From Carnobacteriaceae bacterium (lineage in GTDB: Bacteria; Bacillota; Bacilli; Lactobacillales; Carnobacteriaceae_A), in NCBI GenBank assembly GCA_043424675.1, contig JBHWPB010000075.1:1130-65129 (forward strand): a stretch of DNA of 64,000 bases, written 5' to 3'. Under the pieces are notes generated by a model, which had not been told where the DNA came from, did no database searches, and saw nothing but the letters and a program-made list of their open reading frames with translations. Positions 32,081-42,996 of the stretch are shown piece after piece; position 1 is the stretch's first letter, and every line of letters begins with the position of its first letter. Both the position numbers and the translations under genes were made by a program.

Positions 32081-32639
32081 TTTTTCCCCTCTCAATATGC
32101 TTCATAGCTGACTCAACTTCCCTGGCTGGAATGCGAAACATGTCGAGTCTCTTCTGAAGTTGTTTTCCGTTGGTGTAACCGATGTTCAGCCATTCCCCCA
32201 GTAAATGACGTCTCACTTTAGCCCCTCTGCCATTTATCAGTCCCATCTCTTGAAGGAAACCTTTAGTAATGTCACTTTCATAATCTTGGGAGAGATGTTC
32301 GGTCCGAGCCTCCTCTAAGGCTCTTAAAATCTCTTCTTTTGGAACATGTTCGACGCCTAAGTTCTCTTTTCCTCCTCCTTGCGCGTCTCTTTTACTGACA
32401 AAAGCATGCTTCACGCCGGGCACATGTTCTGAAATAATCTTTCTTATTCTTTCCCCAGGATGATCAGGATCAGTCAAAACGACTACCCCGCGAAGCTCAT
32501 GAGCTTTCTTAATCTGTTCAATGATTGCCCTATCGATGGCAGAGCCGTTTGTTTCAATTGTATCCGCCTCTACTGCGTTCTGTATATTTTGCGTATCTGC
32601 TTTACCTTCTACGACTAATATTTCCTTTATCTTTTTCAC
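32070..32639 (-). CDS. rnmV: Ribonuclease M5 (Toprim domain)
   Basis: 189 aa with VVEGKADT and VLTDPDHPGERIR Toprim motifs, in the syntenic position. Confidence 0.9.
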   Translation of the reverse strand: MKKIKEILVVEGKADTQNIQNAVEADTIETNGSAIDRAIIEQIKKAHELRGVVVLTDPDHPGERIRKIISEHVPGVKHAFVSKRDAQGGGKENLGVEHVPKEEILRALEEARTEHLSQDYESDITKGFLQEMGLINGRGAKVRRHLLGEWLNIGYTNGKQLQKRLDMFRIPAREVESAMKHIERGKNES

Positions 32640-32659
32640 TCGTTTGGCCTCTTTTTAGA

Positions 32660-33430
32660 TTAAATATTAAATAATAATTTTGCATTGTCTGTAGTCTGCT
32701 GGCTGAACTTTTCAAAAGGTGCATCCAATTGTCTAGCCATATTCTCTGCAATGTAATGAACATAAGCTGGTTCATTGCGCCTGCCTCGTTTAGGTTCTGG
32801 AGAAAGATAAGGCGCATCAGTTTCAATAAGAAGCTTGTCTAAAGGAACCAGCTGGAGCGCTTCCCGTACTTCCGGCGCATTCTTAAAGGTGACGACACCT
32901 GAGAAGGATAAATGCATCCCTAAATCTAAGAAAGGTTCAACCCATTCTGGGCCTAGGTTAAAACTATGCATAATTCCACCGGTATCTTCCACATGTTCCT
33001 CTTTCAAAATTCTATAAGTATCTTCTGTTGCATCACGGTTGTGGATTGAGATCGGCATGTCGAGATATTTAGCAATTCTTATCTGTTCGCGGAAGACATC
33101 CTGCTGAACCTTGTGGGGAGCCGTATCCCAGTGGTAATCTAGCCCCATCTCCCCCATCGCAACGACCTTTTCTTTTTGGAGAATATCGTATAGTCTTTCT
33201 CCAATTACTTCACTGTAAGTGGCAGCTGCAGTCGGATGCCAGCCTGCAATCACATAGACTCCTTCATATTTTTCACTCTGTTTCAGTGCGATTTCGATGG
33301 TGTCTTTGTCGTAGCCGACTACAGCCATTTTAGTGACATCATTGTCATAAGCGCGCTGAACGACCTCATCCACTTCGCCTTCGAACTGTTCGTTATTAAT
33401 ATGTGTATGCGTATCGAATAACATACTCAT
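32660..33430 (-). CDS. tatD: TatD-family metal-dependent DNase/hydrolase (YabD)
   Basis: 256 aa with DTHTH at the N-terminus and further conserved His/Asp ligands. Lies downstream of metG. Confidence 0.9.
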   Translation of the reverse strand: MSMLFDTHTHINNEQFEGEVDEVVQRAYDNDVTKMAVVGYDKDTIEIALKQSEKYEGVYVIAGWHPTAAATYSEVIGERLYDILQKEKVVAMGEMGLDYHWDTAPHKVQQDVFREQIRIAKYLDMPISIHNRDATEDTYRILKEEHVEDTGGIMHSFNLGPEWVEPFLDLGMHLSFSGVVTFKNAPEVREALQLVPLDKLLIETDAPYLSPEPKRGRRNEPAYVHYIAENMARQLDAPFEKFSQQTTDNAKLLFNI

Positions 33431-33510
33431 TTCCTTTCTCTATGTACTTTGCAAATTCTTCAAGAACAAAAGAACCTCGCTGAAAAAAGCCAGGTTCTTT
33501 TAAATGGTGT

Positions 33511-35508
<1,998 letters not shown>

Positions 35509-35650
35509 TCAAATCCTCCTAGGCATCATTTTTTTCGTATTTTTTATAGGTTAAACTTTACCCAAATAGTATAACATATATCAGGCTCTACAATAAAACT
35601 TGATTTGTTGTGCTCCACTGTTCATCTGTAAACCATATTATCCTTCCATA

Positions 35651-35692
35651 CAAAAAAGACCTTGGCGCAAAACCAGCTCTCTACCAAAGTCT
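35651..35692 (-). terminator. Probable terminator after the small GNAT gene
   Basis: AGACTTTGG pairs with CCAAGGTCT (one mismatch, 18-nt loop), followed by TTTTTT on the minus strand. Confidence 0.4.
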
Positions 35693-35703
35693 CTCTGTTT
35701 TTC

Positions 35704-35988
35704 TTATTCAGCAACTGTCATGTGGTCGTATTTCTCTGATTTTCTTTCAAACAGATCGATGACGTAAGGACAGCCTCTGTTTTTGATAATTTCTTTGTTC
35801 TCATCTTCAGCTCTTCTAACTAGTTCTTCCACTAGTGTTTCTGCCAGTCCTCGCCCGCGATGTTCGGGGTCGACATAAGTGTGAGTGATGACCCATCTGT
35901 GATCACCTTGCTCTTTAAATGTAAGCACGCCTATCTGCTCCTCTTTATCTTGGAGTGTGATCTCATTTTCTTCATGTAAATAGTCCAT
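35704..35988 (-). CDS. Small GNAT-like N-acetyltransferase (YjdJ type)
   Basis: 94 aa. HTYVDPEHRGRGLAETLVEELVRRA is the GNAT motif A region, followed by the C-terminal CPYV found in this short family. Confidence 0.7.
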   Translation of the reverse strand: MDYLHEENEITLQDKEEQIGVLTFKEQGDHRWVITHTYVDPEHRGRGLAETLVEELVRRAEDENKEIIKNRGCPYVIDLFERKSEKYDHMTVAE

Positions 35989-36012
35989 AGCTAAAACCTC
36001 CTGAAGGTTTGA

Positions 36013-37152
36013 TCAGGGAGCAACACTGTCGCGGATGGCTTGATACTCTTCAACAGATAAGTCATAGACCGTATCGACTGTGATATCTCCTGTGCTGATC
36101 TGTTCTTCTATTTGTTCTACTTCGGCCTGTAGATGTTCATCATAATATTCATTGTAATAGTTATTGACTGCTAAACCAACTGCTCCCTCTTTTAAACCTA
36201 AGGAAGCTTGCTCTCCCATAACAAGATTGCCGCTCAGATAGTCTTCCATGGCTAAAAAGAGAGAAGCTCCGACATTCGTCAAAACAGAGGTCGGGGTGAC
36301 TTCTGCCAGTTCAGTGCGTCCTTCTACTTCAAAAACTTCCGCCTGGTCAGAATCTACTCCAATCATTTGTCTCTCACTTTCCACTGCTCCTTCAGCGATT
36401 CCCACTCCTGCAGGGCCCGCAATGTTGAACACAGAACTTGCACCTTGCTGGTATTGGGCAAGGGCGAGGTCTTTCCCGCGGGCTGTGTCTTCGAAACTTC
36501 CAATATAACTGGTCATCACTTGAGCTTCAGGCTTGGCATGCTGTGCGCCTTGGATAAAACCATACATAAAATCGTTGATCACACTATTATCCATTCCACC
36601 GATCATGCCTAGCATATCAGTCTCAGAACGACTTGCTTCTAGAAAACCCGCCAGATAAGCCGCTTCGTTAGAACGGTACTGCATAGCATAGACATTATCA
36701 TAATTTCCTTGGTCAAAATCGAAGGCTGTTCCATAGAGCCAGAAGTCAACTTCTGGATAGTCTGGAGCATGAGACTGGGTCACTTCTACAAACTGAGAAG
36801 GCATCGCAACGATATCATAGCCTGCATCGGCAGCCTCTAGGAAATAATTGTCAATCACCTGCATGTCGTTTCCGAATTCAATAACAGTTGTCTGAACTTG
36901 ATCGCCGAATTCTTCCTCAATCTGTTCCCGTCCACTGTTAGCAGAGTCTGCAAAGGACATATCTCCTAGGTTTCCTACAATGAGTGCCATTTCAATAAGC
37001 TCTTCAGAGCTTTCTTCTGAGGCCGCTTCAGTTGTTTCTTCTGAGGCCGCTTCTTCGGAATTTCCTTCAGGAATTCCGTGAGAGCAAGCAGCCAACAACA
37101 CGCCCGCTAAGGAGGCAACCACAAGTAACAACAGCTTTTTCATACTCTTCAT
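36013..37152 (-). CDS. BMP-family (Med/PnrA/TmpC-like) substrate-binding lipoprotein
   Basis: ATG at 37152 (MKSMKKLLLLVVASLAGVLLAAC) with lipobox LLAAC, an acidic Ser/Glu linker, then a periplasmic-binding fold. No ABC permease or ATPase gene is adjacent. Confidence 0.75.
   Translation of the reverse strand: MKSMKKLLLLVVASLAGVLLAACSHGIPEGNSEEAASEETTEAASEESSEELIEMALIVGNLGDMSFADSANSGREQIEEEFGDQVQTTVIEFGNDMQVIDNYFLEAADAGYDIVAMPSQFVEVTQSHAPDYPEVDFWLYGTAFDFDQGNYDNVYAMQYRSNEAAYLAGFLEASRSETDMLGMIGGMDNSVINDFMYGFIQGAQHAKPEAQVMTSYIGSFEDTARGKDLALAQYQQGASSVFNIAGPAGVGIAEGAVESERQMIGVDSDQAEVFEVEGRTELAEVTPTSVLTNVGASLFLAMEDYLSGNLVMGEQASLGLKEGAVGLAVNNYYNEYYDEHLQAEVEQIEEQISTGDITVDTVYDLSVEEYQAIRDSVAP
37011..37053. 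repeat. 24-nt period tandem duplication inside the lipoprotein linker
   Basis: TTTCTTCTGAGGCCGCTTC occurs at 37011-37029 and again at 37035-37053, encoding the repeated EAASEE segment. Confidence 0.8.
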
Positions 37153-37325
37153 TTCCATGTTCCTCTCTATTTTTGTCAACTCCATCTTAGCATAATCCTC
37201 CTCCTTTTTTGTTGACAAAAAATTTAACTTTTTAGGGATGGAGCTTTTATTGGTAACATGGAAGATACGGAGCAGTTTTAAAGAACTTATGAAAAAATAA
37301 AATTTTCAGAAAGAAGGATAAAGTC

Positions 37326-38072
37326 ATGACCAAACCTTTTATCGGAGTAACTTCAGGCGAGCAATATTTTTATCAGACAGAACACTTTTCTGGTGTCCCC
37401 ATGTCTTATGGATCTCAAGATATCCTCGATGCTGTGGCTAGGGCAGGAGGCTTGCCCATTATCTTTCCAAGCTTCGAACCGGAAAGTGCCAAAGCATACA
37501 TCTCCAAAGTAGATGGACTTGTTTTAGGCGGCGGGTCAGATATTGATCCTTATCTTTATGGTCAAGAAGCCCGCCCTCACCTACAGCGGACGGATTACGA
37601 ACGGGATATGAGAGAGGTCGCTTTATTCGAAGAAGCGGTGAAACAAAAGAAGCCTGTCCTTGCGATCTGTCGCGGGATGCAGCTTGTTAATGTTATTTTT
37701 GGAGGCACTCTCCTGCAAGATCTTTCTTATGACAAGACCCTGACTGTCGACCATCTCCATACTGTGAGCGGCATTGATCCTATTCATACTCTCTATGTCC
37801 AAGAAGACAGTCACTTCGCTTCTCTTGTCGCTGATCAAACGAGGGTCAACTCTATTCACCATCAAATCATTGACGAACTGGGAGAATCTTTGACAGCCTC
37901 TGCCCACACTGAAGATGGGGTGATCGAGGCGGTCGAACTCACCGATGATACTTATAGCGTCGTTGGCGTCCAGTACCACCCTGAACACATGGTAGCAAAA
38001 GATGAAAAACACCTTGCTGTCTACAAGGATCTGATCGAACGCGTGGAACAGAGTCAAAGGAAAGCCCTGTGA
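37326..38072 (+). CDS. Class I glutamine amidotransferase-like hydrolase (peptidase C26 / PuuD family)
   Basis: 248 aa with nucleophile elbow AICRGMQLVN and the His-containing GVQYHPEH. Confidence 0.8.
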   Translation: MTKPFIGVTSGEQYFYQTEHFSGVPMSYGSQDILDAVARAGGLPIIFPSFEPESAKAYISKVDGLVLGGGSDIDPYLYGQEARPHLQRTDYERDMREVALFEEAVKQKKPVLAICRGMQLVNVIFGGTLLQDLSYDKTLTVDHLHTVSGIDPIHTLYVQEDSHFASLVADQTRVNSIHHQIIDELGESLTASAHTEDGVIEAVELTDDTYSVVGVQYHPEHMVAKDEKHLAVYKDLIERVEQSQRKAL

Positions 38073-38143
38073 TATGGGTCTGTATCTCTCTCAAGAATTA
38101 GTATATAATGAACAGTAACCACAACTTATTCAAGGAGGATTTT

Positions 38144-39409
38144 ATGTCAATTTTAGAAGAATTAGAATGGCGTGGCGCCATCAACCAACAGACCGATGCA
38201 GAGGGCTTGGCAGAATATTTAGAAGACAACCACATCGCTCTTTACTGTGGCGTGGATCCCACTGCTGACAGTCTACATATCGGCCACCTCATTCCTTACA
38301 TGGTCTTAAAAAGATTTCAGATGGTCGGTCACAAGCCGATTATCTTGATCGGAGGAGGTACGGCTACAATTGGAGATCCCAGCGGACGGAACTCTGAAAG
38401 AGAGCTCCAGGACTTAGATACTATTGAAGAGAATGCCGAAGCAATTTCGAAGCAGATGGAGCATTTGTTCGATGCCAACTCTGAAAATGGAATTAAAATG
38501 GTCAACAACTATGACTGGCTTCACAAGATAACTTTCTTGGAGTTCTTAAGAGATTTTGGAAAAGACTTTAATGTCAACACCATGCTAACAAAAGAGTCGG
38601 TCCAGTCTCGCTTAGAACACGGAATTTCTTTTACAGAGTTTACGTACCAAATCATTCAATCTATCGATTTCCTTTACTTGTACAGAAATGAAGAGGTCCA
38701 TCTCCAGGTCGGTGGTGCAGATCAGTGGGGAAATATCACGGCAGGGTTAGAGCTCATCCGTAAAAAGGAAGGCGCAGACGCGAAGGCTTTCGGCCTCACT
38801 ATTCCTCTCCTCACCAAAGCGGACGGGACAAAATTTGGAAAAACAGCCGGCGGTGCAATCTGGCTGGACCGCGAAAAAACAAGCCCTTATGAATTCTATC
38901 AGTTCTGGCTCAACCAAGATGATGCTGACGTTATCAAATACTTGAAGTACTTCAGCTTCTTATCTAGAGAAGAAATAAACGAACTTGCTGAAAAAGTTGA
39001 TAAAGAGCCACACAAACGTGAAGCGCAACGTACTTTAGCTGAAGAAATGACAACTTTCGTGCACAGCGAAGAAGATTTAGAAGAAGCACAACGAATCAGC
39101 GAGGCTCTCTTCTCAGGAGACGTCAAAGACCTGACTGGTCATGAGATCGAGAATGCTTTCAGTGGCTTGCCAGTCATCAGAGCGAAAAAACAAGATTATG
39201 AACTTGTTCCTTTCCTCGTGGATGTCGCTGAAGTGGTGAGCTCTCGCCGTCAAGCTCGTGAAGATGTCAAAAATGGAGCCATCTATATCAAAGGAGAACG
39301 TATCCAAGATAGCGACTACACGATTACTGAAGAAGACACCTATGATAATCGCTACATCCTGGTTCGCCGCGGTAAAAGAAAATATTTTTTAGTAGAGTTA
39401 GAAAACTAA
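38144..39409 (+). CDS. tyrS: Tyrosine--tRNA ligase
   Basis: The ATG at 38144 follows AAGGAGG. HIGH motif SLHIGHL, KMSKS-equivalent KFGKT, C-terminal S4 domain. Confidence 0.95.
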   Translation: MSILEELEWRGAINQQTDAEGLAEYLEDNHIALYCGVDPTADSLHIGHLIPYMVLKRFQMVGHKPIILIGGGTATIGDPSGRNSERELQDLDTIEENAEAISKQMEHLFDANSENGIKMVNNYDWLHKITFLEFLRDFGKDFNVNTMLTKESVQSRLEHGISFTEFTYQIIQSIDFLYLYRNEEVHLQVGGADQWGNITAGLELIRKKEGADAKAFGLTIPLLTKADGTKFGKTAGGAIWLDREKTSPYEFYQFWLNQDDADVIKYLKYFSFLSREEINELAEKVDKEPHKREAQRTLAEEMTTFVHSEEDLEEAQRISEALFSGDVKDLTGHEIENAFSGLPVIRAKKQDYELVPFLVDVAEVVSSRRQAREDVKNGAIYIKGERIQDSDYTITEEDTYDNRYILVRRGKRKYFLVELEN

Positions 39410-39415
39410 AACTTA

Positions 39416-39447
39416 AAAAGGAGCCTATTTCAACAATAGGCTCCTTT
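39416..39447. terminator. Bidirectional terminator between tyrS and the convergent gene
   Basis: AAAAGGAGCCTATT-TCAACA-ATAGGCTCCTTTT. Confidence 0.8.
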
Positions 39448-39466
39448 TGCTATTTAATGTATAGAA

Positions 39467-40525
39467 TTAAAACAATTCGTCTTCGCTATGTTCCCACTCT
39501 TCGCTGAATGTAGAGAACTCTTCTAGTTTTGCTTCAACGTAAGAAGCTTCTTCTTTACGGTCAAGCTCAACATCTAAATCGAGCGCTAATTTTTCCAGAT
39601 AGGCATGGAGCCATTTGGAATAATCACCCGCTACTACAACCTGTTCAGGTCGTTCTTTTTCTTTTAAAATAGTTTCTATGAACAACTTTTGTATGAATTC
39701 AGGATTTGTAATCTGAGCAATATCCACGCTTAAAATCGCCTCTTCCGTAGCAGATGCGATCATATAAGTAACGACAAGATAAGGACGTTCTGTAAACTCG
39801 TCCTGAATCGGCTGCGGTACAGCTTGTACGGCTACTTCCCAAATTACTGGAGCCTGAGGAAGCTGATTGACCCTTAAGATATCCAACTTTTCTATATAAT
39901 TGGGAATCCGTCCAAAGATGAGCTCGCTCATTCCCCTGTCTATACCAGAAGGCAGTTTTTCGAATGCTTCTACGTAACTGTCATCTTCGCGATAAGTTCT
40001 CACAAAAGCTTCTGTCGCTAGCTTTGTCACTTCATTTTCTTGGTAACCTCTGCCTATAAAATCTGTGACGGTATCGATAAATTTATCTAGAACTGCTGTT
40101 AATTGTCGCATCTTTCCTTCTTCATCTGCTGTATCTACAGTATAGCCAGGCGTAAAGTCGAGAATAATCGGCCACGCTTTCTTGCCGCGAAAAGTAATCT
40201 GACTCTCTTTTACTCGGTTGTAGTCTTTTTTCGATAAATCTTCACGATTTTCAAAAGCAATCATCAGCATATCTTGACCGATCGCTTGCAGGTGTGTTCC
40301 ATCGGTATCCATTAGCCAATCATTCAGTAAGGCGAGAGCTTCATTATCCTTGAAAACGAAAAAACCATATTCATCCTGGCCCATTCCTATCGTTGAAATA
40401 TAAAAGGGGTCTCTCCGACCCGGAAGTCCCACACCGATTAAATGATACTCCGAAAGAAAATCCCATATTTTCATACCATACAATTCTTTAATTTTGGAAA
40501 ATAATTCAGTTTCAATCTTACTCAT
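39467..40525 (-). CDS. Conserved-looking hypothetical protein, 352 aa, no recognisable motif
   Basis: The ATG at 40525 (MSKIETELFSKIKELYG...) overlaps the thioesterase stop by 8 nt (ATGAGTAA). Soluble and acidic, with no TM helix, signal peptide or catalytic signature that I can name. Confidence 0.6.
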   Translation of the reverse strand: MSKIETELFSKIKELYGMKIWDFLSEYHLIGVGLPGRRDPFYISTIGMGQDEYGFFVFKDNEALALLNDWLMDTDGTHLQAIGQDMLMIAFENREDLSKKDYNRVKESQITFRGKKAWPIILDFTPGYTVDTADEEGKMRQLTAVLDKFIDTVTDFIGRGYQENEVTKLATEAFVRTYREDDSYVEAFEKLPSGIDRGMSELIFGRIPNYIEKLDILRVNQLPQAPVIWEVAVQAVPQPIQDEFTERPYLVVTYMIASATEEAILSVDIAQITNPEFIQKLFIETILKEKERPEQVVVAGDYSKWLHAYLEKLALDLDVELDRKEEASYVEAKLEEFSTFSEEWEHSEDELF

Positions 40526-40964
40526 TTTGTTCGTTTCCCTCTTCATCTTCTGAAAATAATGGCATGAGTTTTGCATAAAACTCAGGGTGAGTTTTCTTTA
40601 ACCGTAAGGGACGCATATCTTGGTCTAAAATGGCATGAGTTGAAACCCCTGTGGCACGTAATTCATCAGTTTCGCTGTCTCGCACCTCATATTCTACTTT
40701 AAAGCGGACGCCGGAAAAATCGCGGTATCTGTGGTAAACTTCTACTTCTTCTCCATATTTACAAGCTGATTTATAGTCTGCATACATAGTAAGGACGGGA
40801 ATTAAAATATTCTCTTCTTCCATTTTATCGTATCCAAAACCGATCTGTTCCGTACCGTCTGTACGGGCTTCTTCAAACCATTTGATATAGTTAGAGTGAT
40901 GAACGATCCCCATCTGGTCTGTCTCATGGTATTGAATTTTTCGTTTATACGATTTATTTATCAT
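40518..40964 (-). CDS. Hotdog-fold acyl-CoA thioesterase (YbgC/4HBT family)
   Basis: 148 aa with N-terminal YHETDQMGIVHHSNYIKWFEEAR, typical of the family. Confidence 0.8.
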   Translation of the reverse strand: MINKSYKRKIQYHETDQMGIVHHSNYIKWFEEARTDGTEQIGFGYDKMEEENILIPVLTMYADYKSACKYGEEVEVYHRYRDFSGVRFKVEYEVRDSETDELRATGVSTHAILDQDMRPLRLKKTHPEFYAKLMPLFSEDEEGNEQNE

Positions 40965-41081
40965 AAAAATCCCTTGCTTTCTTTTATTGGTATTGGGGTC
41001 GGCCCAAAATTCGTTGTATCTATTTTGCCATTTTTTGCTATAATAGTAAATGCGAAAGTGTTCACTCAGAGGAGAGATTAA

Positions 41082-42284
41082 ATGAAACGAGCAGTAGGTA
41101 CAGTGGTCAGAGGCCTTCGTGGCCCGATTGTCAATGAAGGCGACGATATTGTTGAAATCGTTGTCGAAACTGTCTTAAATGCAGCAGAAATTGAAGGATA
41201 TTCTATACAAAACCGGGATGTTGTTTCCATTACAGAATCGATTGTCGCAAGAGCACAAGGTGACTTTGCTACAATTGACGATATTGCAGCAGATGTTCAG
41301 AATAAATATGGCAGTGGAACAATAGGCGTCGTTTTCCCTATCCTCAGCCGTAATCGCTTTTACCAAAACTTGAAGGGAATCGCGCGAGCAATGGATGAGG
41401 TCATCGTCCAACTCAGCTATCCCACTGATGAAGTGGGGAACGCTTTGGTGAGCCGAGATGCCCTGGAGGAAAATAATATCAATCCATGGACCGATGTCTT
41501 AACTGAAGAAGAATTTTTCAGCTATTTCGGAAGTACTGAACATATCTTTACTGGCGTTGATTACGTAGACTTATACCGTCAAGTCATAGAAGACGAAGGC
41601 GCCAAGGCAACGATTATCTTTGCTAACCAGCCTGAAGCGATTCTCGACTATACTGACGCCGTGTTGGCAGGTGACATACACGATCGTCAACGAACCAAGC
41701 GCAAGCTAAAAGAAGAGGGGGCCAAGCTTGTTTTAGGTCTCGATGACATTTTGACAGAATCTCTCAATGGCAGCGGCTTTAATGAAGAATATGGTCTTTT
41801 AGGTGCGAACCTCGCTTCTGAAGAAAAGGTTAAGCTGTTTCCATCCAACCCTCAGCCGGTGGTTGATAACATCCAAAATCGTCTGAAAGAAGAGACTGGA
41901 AAAATAGTAGAAGTCATGGTCTTTGGAGATGGAGCGTTCAATGATCCGAGCGGAGATATCTGGGAGCTGGCAGACCCCGTGGTTGCTCCAGCTTACACGA
42001 AGGGACTAGAAGGTACCCCGAGCGAAGTCAAGTTGAAATATCTCGCTGATGATACCTTTGAAGAGCTTGAAGGCGAAGAACTTGAACAAGCTATCACAGA
42101 ATTCGTCAGAGACCAAGACAGCCATCCTGAAAAAGAAGGCGCAGAAGCAGCTTCTCTTGGAACCACGCCTAGACGGATAACAGATTTAATCGGATCCCTA
42201 TCCGATTTAACCAGTGGGAGCGGGGACAAGGGCACTCCTTTTGTTTATATCCAAGGATATTTTGACAATATTTCAGATAATTAA
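41082..42284 (+). CDS. CofE-like (F420-0:gamma-glutamyl ligase fold) protein with a long C-terminal extension
   Basis: 400 aa. The N-terminal pattern GDDIVEIV...RDVVSITESIVARAQG matches the CofE/FbiB ligase family as I recall it. About 170 extra C-terminal residues. Confidence 0.6.
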   Translation: MKRAVGTVVRGLRGPIVNEGDDIVEIVVETVLNAAEIEGYSIQNRDVVSITESIVARAQGDFATIDDIAADVQNKYGSGTIGVVFPILSRNRFYQNLKGIARAMDEVIVQLSYPTDEVGNALVSRDALEENNINPWTDVLTEEEFFSYFGSTEHIFTGVDYVDLYRQVIEDEGAKATIIFANQPEAILDYTDAVLAGDIHDRQRTKRKLKEEGAKLVLGLDDILTESLNGSGFNEEYGLLGANLASEEKVKLFPSNPQPVVDNIQNRLKEETGKIVEVMVFGDGAFNDPSGDIWELADPVVAPAYTKGLEGTPSEVKLKYLADDTFEELEGEELEQAITEFVRDQDSHPEKEGAEAASLGTTPRRITDLIGSLSDLTSGSGDKGTPFVYIQGYFDNISDN

Positions 42285-42323
42285 AAAGCAATAGTTAACC
42301 ACTAATTGAATAAAGACAGACAG

Positions 42324-42370
42324 AACAGCGCTATAGATTGGAGTTTATTCTACTGTATAGCGCTGTTTTT
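42324..42370. terminator. Hairpin between convergent genes
   Basis: AACAGCGCTATA (42324-42335) pairs with TATAGCGCTGTT (42356-42367), then TTT. The loop is 20 nt. Confidence 0.5.
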
Positions 42371-42387
42371 GATTATTTGTTTTAACT

Positions 42388-42996
42388 TTAAGAGTATTGA
42401 CCGGGATCAAATCGGTAGATCACAAAACTGTCACGGTCAGAGCGATACCATGGGAGTTCCACCCTTTGATAAAATTCCAGTGGTGTTTCTCTATCGAGAA
42501 TAGACAGGACTTCTTGAGATGGATAATACAAGATAATATCTAACTCACGCGGGTGATCGATGAGTGATTTAACAATATTAGTTAAAACCTGGATAAAAAT
42601 AGATAAAGAAAAAGGGTTGAAAAGATAAAAAATATTATCTTTTGAGCGAATTGTGTATTCTTCTGCTTTTTCTTGAACTAATTCAATATGGGCCTTCGGG
42701 TATTTTTCTAGGTAGCTTTTTTTATTTTCCTCAAGATGATTAAAGGTAATAGGATGTAATTCGATTCCAGTGACATCGATGTTTAAGAAATGATTGACGT
42801 AAAATAACACTCGTCCCTTCCCACATCCCACATCTACAAAATGGCTGTTTTCTAAAATTGCATAGTTTCGAAACAACTCGTCTAACTCTCGATAACCAGT
42901 CGGCTCGCTCTTATAATAGTTATCCCGTTGTCCTGATTCCCAGTCGATATGTCCTTCAGTCTTTATATTTAATAAATCATCGTATTTATTTTTCAC
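42388..42996 (-). CDS. Class I SAM-dependent methyltransferase, substrate unknown
   Basis: GTG start 6 nt after AAGGAGAGG. Motif I FVDVGCGKGRVL. 202 aa. Confidence 0.75.
   Translation of the reverse strand: MKNKYDDLLNIKTEGHIDWESGQRDNYYKSEPTGYRELDELFRNYAILENSHFVDVGCGKGRVLFYVNHFLNIDVTGIELHPITFNHLEENKKSYLEKYPKAHIELVQEKAEEYTIRSKDNIFYLFNPFSLSIFIQVLTNIVKSLIDHPRELDIILYYPSQEVLSILDRETPLEFYQRVELPWYRSDRDSFVIYRFDPGQYS

Noticed and set aside
37326-38072. Idea that the C26-family amidotransferase-like protein is the missing GATase partner of the stand-alone GMP-synthase domain
   Set aside because: It looks like the PuuD/gamma-glutamyl hydrolase subfamily rather than the GuaA-type GATase. It lies 17 kb away on the other strand. 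There is no sequence-based reason to link the two.
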